From an uncultured Myxococcales bacterium (lineage in GTDB: Bacteria > Myxococcota_A > Polyangia > JAAYKL01), in the NCBI GenBank assembly GCA_964458775.1, contig CAYWLQ010000008.1, forward strand, positions 2,895-66,894: a DNA stretch of 64,000 nt, written 5' to 3'. Numbering within the stretch: position 1 is the stretch's first letter; each line of letters begins with the position of its first letter. Under the pieces are notes generated by a model. The model saw only the letters and a program-made list of their open reading frames with translations, searched no databases and was not told the origin of the DNA. Positions 20,267 to 30,075 of this stretch are shown here, one piece after another. A program made the position numbers and the translations under genes.

Positions 20267-21481
20267 TTAGATAACCGATATAAGAGAACAGTCATAGTCA
20301 CCTATAAGAGAATCCTGTCGTAGAATTACGTAATTGGCTGCTTGCTCACATACAAAGTACATCGCATCTACTACATTCCCTTCTATTTGTTGGGGATTGA
20401 TACAAGATGCTGTCAGTATATCATTTTCAGCGATACCTCTAACTATGTATCCGTCGGAAGTAACTCCCTGAAAGTAGTATTCATACCAACTGAGGGATAA
20501 AATATCTTTGCCTTCTGCGATTGTAGAAGCTTTAGCGGATTCGGCATTTCCGACAACCACGGTACCGTTGTTGCCTGCTGCCACAAACTTTCCTTGGCGA
20601 TCTGATACAGCAACTAGGTCTTCAACCGTATCTACAGGAATGCGTTTCCACTCATTTTGTCGGTGAATATATAGTCCTCCCTTAGGCCCAACCGCCAGAT
20701 AACACCAGCCTTCTTCGCAACTCATAACCGTCATACGATTAACAGTTATATTTGCTTGAGGCGACAGCTCTTCTTTCCATTGTGTCCATTGAGAGCTTTT
20801 TGAGGAGCATTTTATTCCGTTTCCGTAAGCACAAATTTCATCTATTGAAGGCGTTTCCGTTCTTAGCAATCTGGCCAATCCGGTTAGTTTTGAATCTCTA
20901 TGTATTTCTTCAAATAGGCCTATATCATCTGTCAGTTTGTATATTGCGCTTTCAGTTCCGTCTGTTGCTAAAATAAAGGCCGAGTTGATCTTCTCAACCG
21001 GATCATAACGACAAATAATTGATTTCGGAGGCAGCGGAATACTAGCTTCAAATGACGATAGAATATTATTGTCTGCAAACGGACTCGTAAAAACAGCCGC
21101 AGCTCTATAACCGTTTTCCTCCTGGAGAGACAGCAGCAAACAATTTCCGCTCATAGCAACAAAACGGCTGTTTTCGAGAAGATTGTTTGCAAAAAAAACC
21201 GAATACGTTGAAACATCAGAACATTCCAAAGAAGTTAAAGTATCAACTAAATCTGAATTTGTATCAGCGTCTTCAACTGAGTCGGGCGCAGAATCTGTAT
21301 TTGTGTCGGAATCAAAGTGGGTTTGTGACTCAAAATCAGAACCGGTATCTGAATCCAAAGTTTTTTCTTCTGTACTTATATCAACGGGCAAAAAACCTTC
21401 TTGTAATCCCGGACCGCAGGACGGCAAAAAAATCAAGATTAGGCATACAATCGATACACATGATTTAAAAATGCACATCAT
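20267..21481 (-). CDS. Hypothetical acidic lipoprotein, last gene of ECF/caspase cassette
   Basis: Start moved to internal ATG overlapping the caspase-gene stop (AAATGATG); lipobox FLPSCG; Asp/Ser/Thr-rich linker then ~330-aa beta-rich domain with no recognisable motif. Confidence 0.5.
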   Translation of the reverse strand: MMCIFKSCVSIVCLILIFLPSCGPGLQEGFLPVDISTEEKTLDSDTGSDFESQTHFDSDTNTDSAPDSVEDADTNSDLVDTLTSLECSDVSTYSVFFANNLLENSRFVAMSGNCLLLSLQEENGYRAAAVFTSPFADNNILSSFEASIPLPPKSIICRYDPVEKINSAFILATDGTESAIYKLTDDIGLFEEIHRDSKLTGLARLLRTETPSIDEICAYGNGIKCSSKSSQWTQWKEELSPQANITVNRMTVMSCEEGWCYLAVGPKGGLYIHRQNEWKRIPVDTVEDLVAVSDRQGKFVAAGNNGTVVVGNAESAKASTIAEGKDILSLSWYEYYFQGVTSDGYIVRGIAENDILTASCINPQQIEGNVVDAMYFVCEQAANYVILRQDSLIGDYDCSLISVI

Positions 21482-23034
21482 TTGGACCAACGTCCTCCAA
21501 GGCTTAAAATTGCCATTGCATCCAATCTGTGTACCCAACCTTTTTCTTGTACTTGAAAAGTTCTTGCTCCTACTCCGCCGTCAATGCCTATAACAATTCC
21601 TCCAGTCGAAAACGAAATACCCAACATTCCTACATAGTCAAAACCTGAGGTATGTCGTCTTTTTCCTTCTCGTCTAGATTGAAACATATGCTCATATCCG
21701 GCTGCAATTTCAGCAATAAATGCCAGCTTTCTTACGGGCAAGTGATAACCTCCCCCGACCAGAAAACCGACATCGTTGTAACCGTCGGAAATACCTACAT
21801 CCTTTCCTGTTGACCAGTTTATGCGTGAAGATACATACCATTTGGAAGAAAATAGAGCACGATAAGCAGTTGATGCTCCGTAACCGGAAACAGCTCCTGC
21901 AAGAGGAAATTTGCGCCACATACCTCCTACTGAAACGGTGTGAACGAGGGACTTGGGCTCAAAGAAAATGCCGCCTTTATCTATTCCTGTTTCTAATTCT
22001 ATCGGATGAAAATCCAAGGCTTCTAACACTGCACTTTGTCGGTTTTCCAAATTCACGGTTGCGGATTTTACCCCTCCGTCATCGGATGTTAAAAAAATCC
22101 AATATTTTCCTGCGGTCAGGGTTACTTGAATTGTCTCCTCTGCAACAACGTCAGCTTCGGCAAACATCATATTTCGAGCTTCATCGACAACCATGATACG
22201 TCCCGATTCAGGAAGCTTTATAACCAAACGCGAATTAGTTTCGCCTGTTTTTGTAAGAACAATGTCACCCTTGCCCGCCAATTTAAATTCGTACATGGGA
22301 TGCTGAGCTCCGCCGACTGTCACACTGGTTCTGGCTAGAGTTCGACGAAAAGCATAATCATATGCCTCCGAAAGAGTAACCTTCCCATCATTAGAAACGT
22401 CACCGGCTCCCCTTAATGCTGAGATCAGATAGTGGGTAAAAAAAGCACCTCTAATTTCTTTTGATTCCTGAGAAAGTTCACTTTCTGAACTTGAAGTAAC
22501 AATTGCATAACCGCTTGAGGAAATTTCATCTTTTACGAGAATATCAAATCCGCGTCCTTTACTACCGCCTTTCATTGATACAAGCTTGCCGCTTCTGCAT
22601 GAATCCATAAATGCAAGCCTCACATCTGCAGAAGATGAACGCATATAATTGAGCACCTCAGCCATCGGCAAAGAAGAATCGCCCAGCTCCAAAACATCGC
22701 CGTCAGCATGTCCGGAATAATACACAATAAAAAGAGTCTTTACAGAAGCATCTCGCGCATGAGCCTTAACTCTTTTTTCCATGCGTGATAATTCAGAAGA
22801 AACCTCAGGTGCGCTTCTACCCAGCAATAGAGCGGCATTTTCGGGTTTAATACCGCCGAGTTCTATCATGGTTTGATAAAATTTTTCTGCGTCCTTCTCG
22901 GCAAAATTAAGCCCTCTTGTCGGTTCATGACCTATATTATTGCCGATAACAAGGGCATACTTTAAGGTTTCCGCAAAACCTATTGCAGGACTAAACAGCA
23001 GAGAAGTAACCACAATAGAGTATATTATTCTCAT
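21478..23034 (-). CDS. Secreted caspase-like peptidase C14 domain protein with C-terminal beta-rich (putative outer-membrane beta-barrel) domain
   Basis: Sec signal (AIGFA/ET). YALVIGNN start of caspase fold, His region YYSGHADGD, Cys region AFMDSCRSG, p10-like GAFFTHYLISALRGAGD...DGKVTLSEAYDY. C-terminal ~200 aa of alternating-hydrophobic strands rich in Gly/aromatic residues. Confidence 0.7.
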   Translation of the reverse strand: MRIIYSIVVTSLLFSPAIGFAETLKYALVIGNNIGHEPTRGLNFAEKDAEKFYQTMIELGGIKPENAALLLGRSAPEVSSELSRMEKRVKAHARDASVKTLFIVYYSGHADGDVLELGDSSLPMAEVLNYMRSSSADVRLAFMDSCRSGKLVSMKGGSKGRGFDILVKDEISSSGYAIVTSSSESELSQESKEIRGAFFTHYLISALRGAGDVSNDGKVTLSEAYDYAFRRTLARTSVTVGGAQHPMYEFKLAGKGDIVLTKTGETNSRLVIKLPESGRIMVVDEARNMMFAEADVVAEETIQVTLTAGKYWIFLTSDDGGVKSATVNLENRQSAVLEALDFHPIELETGIDKGGIFFEPKSLVHTVSVGGMWRKFPLAGAVSGYGASTAYRALFSSKWYVSSRINWSTGKDVGISDGYNDVGFLVGGGYHLPVRKLAFIAEIAAGYEHMFQSRREGKRRHTSGFDYVGMLGISFSTGGIVIGIDGGVGARTFQVQEKGWVHRLDAMAILSLGGRWSK

Positions 23035-23780
23035 TGAGTCGGATTGCTCTCCTTCATCACAGTAATGGAGCGCACGATAAGTTCCTTCCCTTGCTTTGGA
23101 ATAAAAGCATCTTTTCTATTAAACGGCTTTGAAGAAAAGACACCTGTGTAGGTCTCTTCACCAAGAACATCATCCAATAAAATGCTTCCGTCCATTATAT
23201 GAATACCGGCAGCTTCTATTCTTAAAGGTTCAACGTCCTGTTCAGGTGAGTTATCAGGATAAAACGGTGACAGTTTTCCGCTTTTATCCTTTGAAAAGAT
23301 TGTCAAGTATCCGGGTTCTCCAACTGTCACTATAAACATAATAGAATCGCCTTCTTTTAGTGAGGTTCCGTCCTTTACTTCAAACTGCTTGCCTTGTCGA
23401 TTTCCTATGATCTTCATAGAAAATTCGCCTTTAAAAGCTATTCGGTCGCTGTCTTGTGAATTCTCAGTTCTATCTATACCGAAAAATAAGAATAAGAGGG
23501 CAGCTGCTGCTGCGGCAAATAGACCTGCCAATGCAAAGGATTTAAAAGCCGTACTTCGTGTTTTGCTTTGACCAAATTTTTGATCAATCTCAGAGTTAAG
23601 TCTTCTGATTCGATTGTCTTCGTCTTTTGAAAACTCTCTAATATTTGTATCCATCTCTTCGGACAACTTGGTACAAGCAGCACACAATTCTAAATGACAT
23701 CTAATATTCTCTGCATCTAATTGCTCCAAATCATTTGCCTTGTAACGTGACATCAGTAGGTGCGAAGGACAATCTGTCAT
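23031..23780 (-). CDS. Zinc-finger (Hx3Cx2C) anti-sigma factor, single TM, periplasmic beta-rich sensor domain
   Basis: CHLELCAAC motif in N-terminal cytoplasmic part, TM AFKSFALAGLFAAAAAALLFLFFGI, ~130-aa C-terminal extracytoplasmic domain; sits directly after ECF sigma gene; 4-nt overlap with caspase gene. Confidence 0.7.
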   Translation of the reverse strand: MTDCPSHLLMSRYKANDLEQLDAENIRCHLELCAACTKLSEEMDTNIREFSKDEDNRIRRLNSEIDQKFGQSKTRSTAFKSFALAGLFAAAAAALLFLFFGIDRTENSQDSDRIAFKGEFSMKIIGNRQGKQFEVKDGTSLKEGDSIMFIVTVGEPGYLTIFSKDKSGKLSPFYPDNSPEQDVEPLRIEAAGIHIMDGSILLDDVLGEETYTGVFSSKPFNRKDAFIPKQGKELIVRSITVMKESNPTQ

Positions 23781-23783
23781 GTT

Positions 23784-24320
23784 TCAATTCTCCTCAAAAT
23801 GATGTCCGACCTGCTTTCTAAGTGCAGTCAAACGTTTTACAACAGCTCTTCTCGATATACCGAGCATTGAAGCCATTTCTTCCTGGCTCATTCGCGACAA
23901 ATAATGCCCCACAAGGATTTCAAAGCTGCGCTCGTCCATATCCTTAACCAAGCTTTCCAGTACACGCCGAGCGTGGAGCACTTCGGTCGGATGCGTTAAG
24001 TCAGTCGGAACCATGCTTATATCTTGAGAAAGTACAAACCCTTTACGTCTTCTCGTTCGCATGATTTTAAAACAGATATTTGAAGCGATTCGATAAAGCC
24101 ACGGCAAGCGGCTGTCGCCGTAAGTAAATGAATCATATGCTCCGTAGGCGCTCAAAAAAACCTCCTGAACAGCGTCCTCTGCCTCTGCTTTGTCTCCCAA
24201 GAGCCTGAGGCAATGGTCATAAAGCACGCCGGAAAACTTGCGGTGAAGGGCAGTTATCTCCCGCTTTTTGATTTCCGACCTCGCCATCTGTTCAATCCCG
24301 GATAAAACCATCTTGAGCAC
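23784..24320 (-). CDS. ECF-type RNA polymerase sigma-70 factor
   Basis: Region 2 (AEDAVQEVFLSAY...) and region 4 HTH (LSRMSQEEMASMLGISRRAVVKRL); true start may be an internal Met (annotated 5' end overlaps prmC). Confidence 0.8.
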   Translation of the reverse strand: MLKMVLSGIEQMARSEIKKREITALHRKFSGVLYDHCLRLLGDKAEAEDAVQEVFLSAYGAYDSFTYGDSRLPWLYRIASNICFKIMRTRRRKGFVLSQDISMVPTDLTHPTEVLHARRVLESLVKDMDERSFEILVGHYLSRMSQEEMASMLGISRRAVVKRLTALRKQVGHHFEEN

Positions 24321-25203
24321 CTTGTTCTGACGGTAGGCTATCTTTTTTTAAAACCGCTACTCGCAGACTTCCGCTTAAGTCAGATAATCCAATTCCCTTG
24401 ATAGTGAAAAAGCGAGGAGCAATATTGTCCAACAAATCGCTAAATTGAAAAGGATCCAGTTCCATCAATAAAAAGCCTCCCGGATTTAAAAAGTCAGATG
24501 CCTGTTCTATAATGCGACGCGCCAAATCCAAACCGTCTTTTCCTCCTGACAGGGCAAGTTGAGGTTCAAAAAGAACTTCTTTTTGCAAATTAGGTATGTC
24601 TTCGTCAGGTATATATGGGGGATTGGCAGTAATTATGTCATAATGCATAGATGCCACAGGTTCAAACAAATCTCCTTTAAACACGTTTACTCTTTCTTTC
24701 ATGCCGAGTCTTTCGATATTTCTTTTTGCAACCAAAACAGCATCGTGAGAAATATCGACGGCGTCTACTTTCCATTTCGTTTTTTCTGATGCCAGAGCTG
24801 CCGCAACACATCCGGTGCCGGTACACAAATCAAGAGCCGTGCCATAATCTCCCATCCTGGAAATGGCTGCTTCCACAAGAGTTTCCGTATCCGGTCTTGG
24901 AATTAATACACTTGGGGAAACCTCAAAAGACATAGACCAGAACTCTTTAGTTCCGGTAATATAAGCCAAAGGTTCCCCTTTTCTCCTTCTTATAATTGTT
25001 TGCCTAAAAGATGCCAGTTCGGCCTCTTCGAGCGGCCTATCAAAATTGGTATAGAGAAAGATTCTCTCTGTATTTAACAAATAAGCCAGCAGAAGTTCAG
25101 CATCCAATCTGGCCGAAGCAATTCCCCTACTTTTGAAATCTTCCGTCGCCCAGTTTAGTACCTTCCCAATTGTCCAATCAGTCATGTTCAGAACATTAGG
25201 CAA
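24292..25203 (-). CDS. prmC: Release factor glutamine N5-methyltransferase PrmC (HemK)
   Basis: Class I MTase GxGxG (LDLCTGTGC), NPPY motif (ITANPPYIP), 303 aa. Confidence 0.85.
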   Translation of the reverse strand: MPNVLNMTDWTIGKVLNWATEDFKSRGIASARLDAELLLAYLLNTERIFLYTNFDRPLEEAELASFRQTIIRRRKGEPLAYITGTKEFWSMSFEVSPSVLIPRPDTETLVEAAISRMGDYGTALDLCTGTGCVAAALASEKTKWKVDAVDISHDAVLVAKRNIERLGMKERVNVFKGDLFEPVASMHYDIITANPPYIPDEDIPNLQKEVLFEPQLALSGGKDGLDLARRIIEQASDFLNPGGFLLMELDPFQFSDLLDNIAPRFFTIKGIGLSDLSGSLRVAVLKKDSLPSEQGAQDGFIRD

Positions 25204-25319
25204 GTGACTTTATCGGGTCAAGAACGATACAAAAGATAATAATTATTCTCTATATGAAAACAATATGTTTATATAAATATATATACCCCCTACCCCCAAA
25301 AGCTTGACGAGAGGTTTGT

Positions 25320-26360
25320 TTGTGGTCCATTTACACAAGTCTTGCTTGGGAACAAACCCAAAATAGAGTGCAAATTATGACGTATTTTGAAAAAAACACA
25401 ATAAATACAGTGATAAGGCATCAGTTCGGTTATCCGACAGCTCTAGAAAAGCTTAGTTCTCCGCCTGAAATGCTTCGCATTCGCGGTTGTTTGGGAAACG
25501 GTCCCTGTGTCGGAATAGTAGGATCAAGAAAAGCTGACAATGCCTCGATAAGATTTGCATTTTCCCTTTCTGAAGAGCTTGCCGGAATGGGATTTTGTAT
25601 TGTTTCAGGAGGCGCGCTCGGTATTGATACTGCTGCTCACAAAGGAGCATTGCAAGCAAAAGGCATTACTGTCTCAGTGATCGGCTCAGGATTTAACTAT
25701 CTATATCCTGTTGAAAATAAAGATCTCTTCGAAGAAATTGCTGTGTCCGGAGCATTGGTTTCCGAATTTGACGACGAACAGCCGCCCGCAAAATGGACTT
25801 TTCCCAAAAGAAACCGAATTGTTGCAGCCTTATCTGATGCCTTAATAGTAGTGCAAGCGCCTGAACGATCAGGTGCCTTGATAACTGCTGAAATAGCAAA
25901 AGATATTGGCATACCTATCGGCGCAGTGCCTTCATTTCCCCAAGATTTAAAAAACCGCGGAGCACATAACCTAATTAGACAAGGTGCTGCATTAATTGAA
26001 AATATCGACGATGTTCTGAAGCTGGTTGCTTCAAAGAAGATTAGCCCTCAACTGTCTTTGCCCGGTATCGGAGTACAAAAGTCTGTTTTTCAAACTGTAA
26101 ATGACGGAGTAAAATCTTCTGCGTCTCCCCTTGAAAAAAGGGCTATGGGGGACACATTTTCCTCCCCCTCAACAGCAGCAGCGCTGTCTAAAACAGAAAA
26201 AGAAATACTAAATTATTTATGCACTGAACCCCTACATATCGACGAAATTACTTCCGGACTTAAAATTCTGCCAAGTCAGACTGCTACTGCTATTTTGACT
26301 TTGGAGCTTCAAGGATTGATAGAGGATAGAGGCGGAAGAAATTTTGTGAGAGTTGGTTAA
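25320..26360 (+). CDS. dprA: DNA processing protein DprA (Smf)
   Basis: Rossmann-like core IVGSRKA...GFCIVSGGALGIDTAAH, C-terminal winged-helix; precedes topA as in smf-topA-gid synteny. Confidence 0.85.
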   Translation: MWSIYTSLAWEQTQNRVQIMTYFEKNTINTVIRHQFGYPTALEKLSSPPEMLRIRGCLGNGPCVGIVGSRKADNASIRFAFSLSEELAGMGFCIVSGGALGIDTAAHKGALQAKGITVSVIGSGFNYLYPVENKDLFEEIAVSGALVSEFDDEQPPAKWTFPKRNRIVAALSDALIVVQAPERSGALITAEIAKDIGIPIGAVPSFPQDLKNRGAHNLIRQGAALIENIDDVLKLVASKKISPQLSLPGIGVQKSVFQTVNDGVKSSASPLEKRAMGDTFSSPSTAAALSKTEKEILNYLCTEPLHIDEITSGLKILPSQTATAILTLELQGLIEDRGGRNFVRVG

Positions 26361-26381
26361 CAGAGGAGGATATTTTTTTTC

Positions 26382-28670
26382 ATGTCAAAATCGCTCGTAA
26401 TCGTTGAATCGCCTACAAAGGCTAAAACAATTCGTAAATATTTAGGCTCTTCCTATACAGTTAAAGCTTCGCTGGGACATATAAAGGATTTGCCCAAAGC
26501 AAAAATGGGAGTAAGCGTAGACAAAGATTTTCATCCGGAATACCGCATAATTACCGGAAAGAAAAAAGTAATATCAGAACTTAAAAAGGCGGCCGGCCAA
26601 GTAGATTCGATATATCTCGCACTCGACCCTGATCGCGAAGGAGAAGCCATTGCATGGCATATCGCCGAAGAACTGGGAATCGAACCTGATCGAGTGGCTA
26701 GAGTTCTGTTCAATGAAATTACGAAAAAGGGAATTACAGAGGGTTTGGAACATCCTCAACCGCTCAATGTGCGAAGATACGAATCCCAACAGGCCAGACG
26801 CATTTTAGACAGATTGGTAGGATATGAAATATCACCCATTTTGTGGAAAAAAGTAAGACGAGGTCTGTCTGCAGGTCGAGTTCAATCTGTTTCGCTCAGA
26901 CTTATCGTCGATCGCGAGCAGGAAATAGATGCTTTTGTTGCAGAAGAGTACTGGAAAATTGGAGCCGAGCTTCTCGGTGATAATCCTCCGCCTTTCATAG
27001 CACGATATATAGGAAAAGACGGAAAGAAGCTGGAGGTTACGGATGGCGTAACCGCTGAGAGTATCAAAAATGATCTCAGCACTGCTCAATATAAAGTTAC
27101 GAAAGTAGACCGAAAGGAAAGGCGCCGCAATCCTCAGCCGCCTTTCATTACCAGCCGACTTCAGCAGGAAGCGGCAAGAAAATTTAAGTTTACACCTAAA
27201 AGAACGATGATGGTTGCCCAGCAGCTCTATGAAGGTATTGATTTGGGAGAACTAGGCGCTACCGGCCTAATAACCTACATGAGAACGGACTCTGTCCGAC
27301 TCTCCGATGATGCAGTTGCCGAAATGAGAGACCATATAGAATCTGTTTACGGTAAAGAATACCTTCCCCCCAAACCTATTGTGTACAAAAGCAGAAAGAC
27401 TGCACAAGATGCCCACGAAGCTATAAGACCTGCATCTGTACAGCTTCCGCCCGAAAAAATTTCCAAATACCTAACTCCGGATCAGAGAAAACTATATGCG
27501 CTAATTTGGAAACGATTTGCTGCATGTCAGATGAAGCCGGCTGTTTATGACCGTACAGCAGTCGATATTTCTGCCGGAGCACATCAGCTTAGAGCTAACG
27601 GCTCGGTGTTAAAGTTCAAGGGATGGATGGAAATATACGATTACAAAGAAACTACAACATTCAGCGATAAACCTAGCGATGCAGATTTGGATACAGATAA
27701 CGGTGACACAGATGACGAAATATGTGATCTCCCGGTTCTGCACGAAGGTGATTTGCTCAATTTGACTTCAATCGGTATTACTGCAGAACAAAAATTTACC
27801 CAGCCGCCATCCCGATTTACTGAAGGCACTTTGATAAGAGAGCTAGAAGAGCGAGGCATAGGACGACCGAGCACGTACGCCACTATCATATCGACTATTC
27901 AAAGCCGTAGATATGTAGAAAAAATTGACGGTAAGCTTGCGCCTTCCGAGCTTGGACGACTTGTTACCTCAAGATTGGTACTTCATTTTCCAAGAATTCT
28001 TGATGTTAACTTTACTGCAAAAATGGAAGAATCCCTCGATAAAATTGAAGAGGGCAGCGGTGATTGGGTTGAGCTTTTGTCTTCATTCTATAAGCCGTTT
28101 CACCTTGAGGTTGAGCAGGCACTTAAGGAGATGAAGGATGTCAGGGATCTAGTTGAAGAAACCGATGAAGTATGTGAGCAATGCGGCAAAAAAATGGTTG
28201 TGAAATGGGGACGCAACGGTCGATTTGTAGCATGTTCCAGTTATCCGGCATGTCGCAATACAAAAGAATTGGGGGATGACCAACCAAAGGCAGAAGATAC
28301 ACCGCTGGATATCGTTTGTGAATTGTGCGGAGCACAAATGGTTCGCAAAAGAGGCCGATATGGTGACTTTATTGCCTGTTCGACTTACCCAAAATGTAAG
28401 GCCACACGTTCAATGCCCACTGACATTCCGTGCCCAAAACCCGGATGTAAAGGAGAGCTTTCTCAAAGGAGAACCAAAACCGGTCGTGTTTTTTACGGAT
28501 GCTCTGAATTTAAAAACACCGGTTGTGATTTTGTGATTTGGGGAGTACCGGAAAAACAAACTTGCCCTGATTGCGGTGCTGCTTTCCTTATTGTTGCCAA
28601 TAGGAAGAAGGGGGGACGTACCCTAAAATGCGTAACTGACGGCTGCAAATTTACCAAGACCGAAATGTAG
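26382..28670 (+). CDS. topA: DNA topoisomerase I with C-terminal zinc-ribbon repeats
   Basis: TOPRIM start (LVIVESPTKAKTI), catalytic Tyr region (LITYMRTDS), three Cys4 ribbons at C-terminus. Confidence 0.95.
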   Translation: MSKSLVIVESPTKAKTIRKYLGSSYTVKASLGHIKDLPKAKMGVSVDKDFHPEYRIITGKKKVISELKKAAGQVDSIYLALDPDREGEAIAWHIAEELGIEPDRVARVLFNEITKKGITEGLEHPQPLNVRRYESQQARRILDRLVGYEISPILWKKVRRGLSAGRVQSVSLRLIVDREQEIDAFVAEEYWKIGAELLGDNPPPFIARYIGKDGKKLEVTDGVTAESIKNDLSTAQYKVTKVDRKERRRNPQPPFITSRLQQEAARKFKFTPKRTMMVAQQLYEGIDLGELGATGLITYMRTDSVRLSDDAVAEMRDHIESVYGKEYLPPKPIVYKSRKTAQDAHEAIRPASVQLPPEKISKYLTPDQRKLYALIWKRFAACQMKPAVYDRTAVDISAGAHQLRANGSVLKFKGWMEIYDYKETTTFSDKPSDADLDTDNGDTDDEICDLPVLHEGDLLNLTSIGITAEQKFTQPPSRFTEGTLIRELEERGIGRPSTYATIISTIQSRRYVEKIDGKLAPSELGRLVTSRLVLHFPRILDVNFTAKMEESLDKIEEGSGDWVELLSSFYKPFHLEVEQALKEMKDVRDLVEETDEVCEQCGKKMVVKWGRNGRFVACSSYPACRNTKELGDDQPKAEDTPLDIVCELCGAQMVRKRGRYGDFIACSTYPKCKATRSMPTDIPCPKPGCKGELSQRRTKTGRVFYGCSEFKNTGCDFVIWGVPEKQTCPDCGAAFLIVANRKKGGRTLKCVTDGCKFTKTEM

Positions 28671-28675
28671 TTTTT

Positions 28676-30037
28676 ATGAATCTCGACATATCTCCAAAAC
28701 ACTCGAAAAATGCGAAAAGAGAAAACACTGACCTGCACATTACAATAGTGGGAGCCGGACTGGCAGGGTGTGAAGCAGCTTGGCAAATGGCCAAAAGAGG
28801 TATTGCCGTTACCTTGATCGAAATGAAACCGCACAATAGGTTGCCTGCATACTCCTCCGCAGAAATGGGTGAGTTGGTATGTTCAAACTCACTTAGAGCA
28901 GCCGGTCGCACTACCGCTGTGGGTCTGCTAAAAGAAGAACTGAGAATTATGGGTTCGCTATTGATCAGCATAGCCGATCGAACCGCTGTTCCGGCCGGTA
29001 GAGCTCTCGCAGTTGACCGAATACTTTTCTCTAAGTTGGTAGAAGAAGCGATTGCTGCCCATCCGTTAATAAAAATTGAGCGACAATTTTGCGAGCAAAT
29101 ACCGGAAGGCCCAGTCATTATAGCAACAGGACCGCTTACCGAAGGAAAACTGGCCGAAAGCTTGAGCGAATACGGAGCGCTTCTTGCCTATCATGATGCC
29201 ATCGCTCCGTTGGTTTCCGCTGATAGTATAGACATGACTCGTGTTTTTACCGCTTCCAGATATGACACTTCCGAAGATGAAGGAGACTATCTTAACTGCC
29301 CGTTTGACAAGGAACAATACAGCGCTTTTATTGAAGCGTTAATTTCATCAGAACGAACAACTCTGCGCAATTTTGAGTCGGCTCCATTCTTTGAAGGATG
29401 TCTTCCCGTAGAAGAATTGGCGGACAGGGGATTTAAGACCTTGGCTTTCGGTCCGATGAAACCGGTAGGGCTTACGGATCCTGCGACAGGAAGGCGCCCG
29501 TATGCTGTTGTTCAGTTGAGAAGAGAAAACCTTAGCGGCAGTGCATTCAATATTGTGGGTTTTCAAACACGCCTTACAAGGTCTGAACAACGTCGCGTAT
29601 TTCGAATGATTCCGGGTTTGGAAAATGTTCAATTTGAGCGATACGGACAGGTTCACAGAAATAGCTTTATCGATGCGCCGAAGGTCTTGGATAATCGTTT
29701 AAGAATGAAGGAAAATTCAAGAATATTTATAGCAGGACAACTTTCAGGTGTAGAAGGCTATGTGGAATCTATATCGTCCGGTATGATAAGCGCATTGTTT
29801 GCAGCAGCTCAACTCCTTGACCTTCCTATCGAACCGCCTCCGCTAACCACCGCAACAGGCGGTTTAATGCACTACTTAACTGTCCCGCAAAAAAACTTTC
29901 AGCCGTCAAATGTGGTATGGTCAATGATCAACACTCCTTCAAGAGAACGAAAAGAAGGGAAACAGGCTCACAGAGAAACAGCAGCTGAGAAAGCCGTTGC
30001 TGATCTCAATGCTTGGTTATCTGTCCTACCTATTTAG
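28676..30037 (+). CDS. trmFO: Methylenetetrahydrofolate--tRNA-(uracil54-C5)-methyltransferase TrmFO (Gid)
   Basis: FAD-binding IVGAGLAGCEAAW, conserved GQLSGVEGYVES region; 453 aa. Confidence 0.9.
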   Translation: MNLDISPKHSKNAKRENTDLHITIVGAGLAGCEAAWQMAKRGIAVTLIEMKPHNRLPAYSSAEMGELVCSNSLRAAGRTTAVGLLKEELRIMGSLLISIADRTAVPAGRALAVDRILFSKLVEEAIAAHPLIKIERQFCEQIPEGPVIIATGPLTEGKLAESLSEYGALLAYHDAIAPLVSADSIDMTRVFTASRYDTSEDEGDYLNCPFDKEQYSAFIEALISSERTTLRNFESAPFFEGCLPVEELADRGFKTLAFGPMKPVGLTDPATGRRPYAVVQLRRENLSGSAFNIVGFQTRLTRSEQRRVFRMIPGLENVQFERYGQVHRNSFIDAPKVLDNRLRMKENSRIFIAGQLSGVEGYVESISSGMISALFAAAQLLDLPIEPPPLTTATGGLMHYLTVPQKNFQPSNVVWSMINTPSRERKEGKQAHRETAAEKAVADLNAWLSVLPI

Positions 30038-30075
30038 TTTCCAATAAATTTTAGGAAAGAACTTGTGGAACCACT

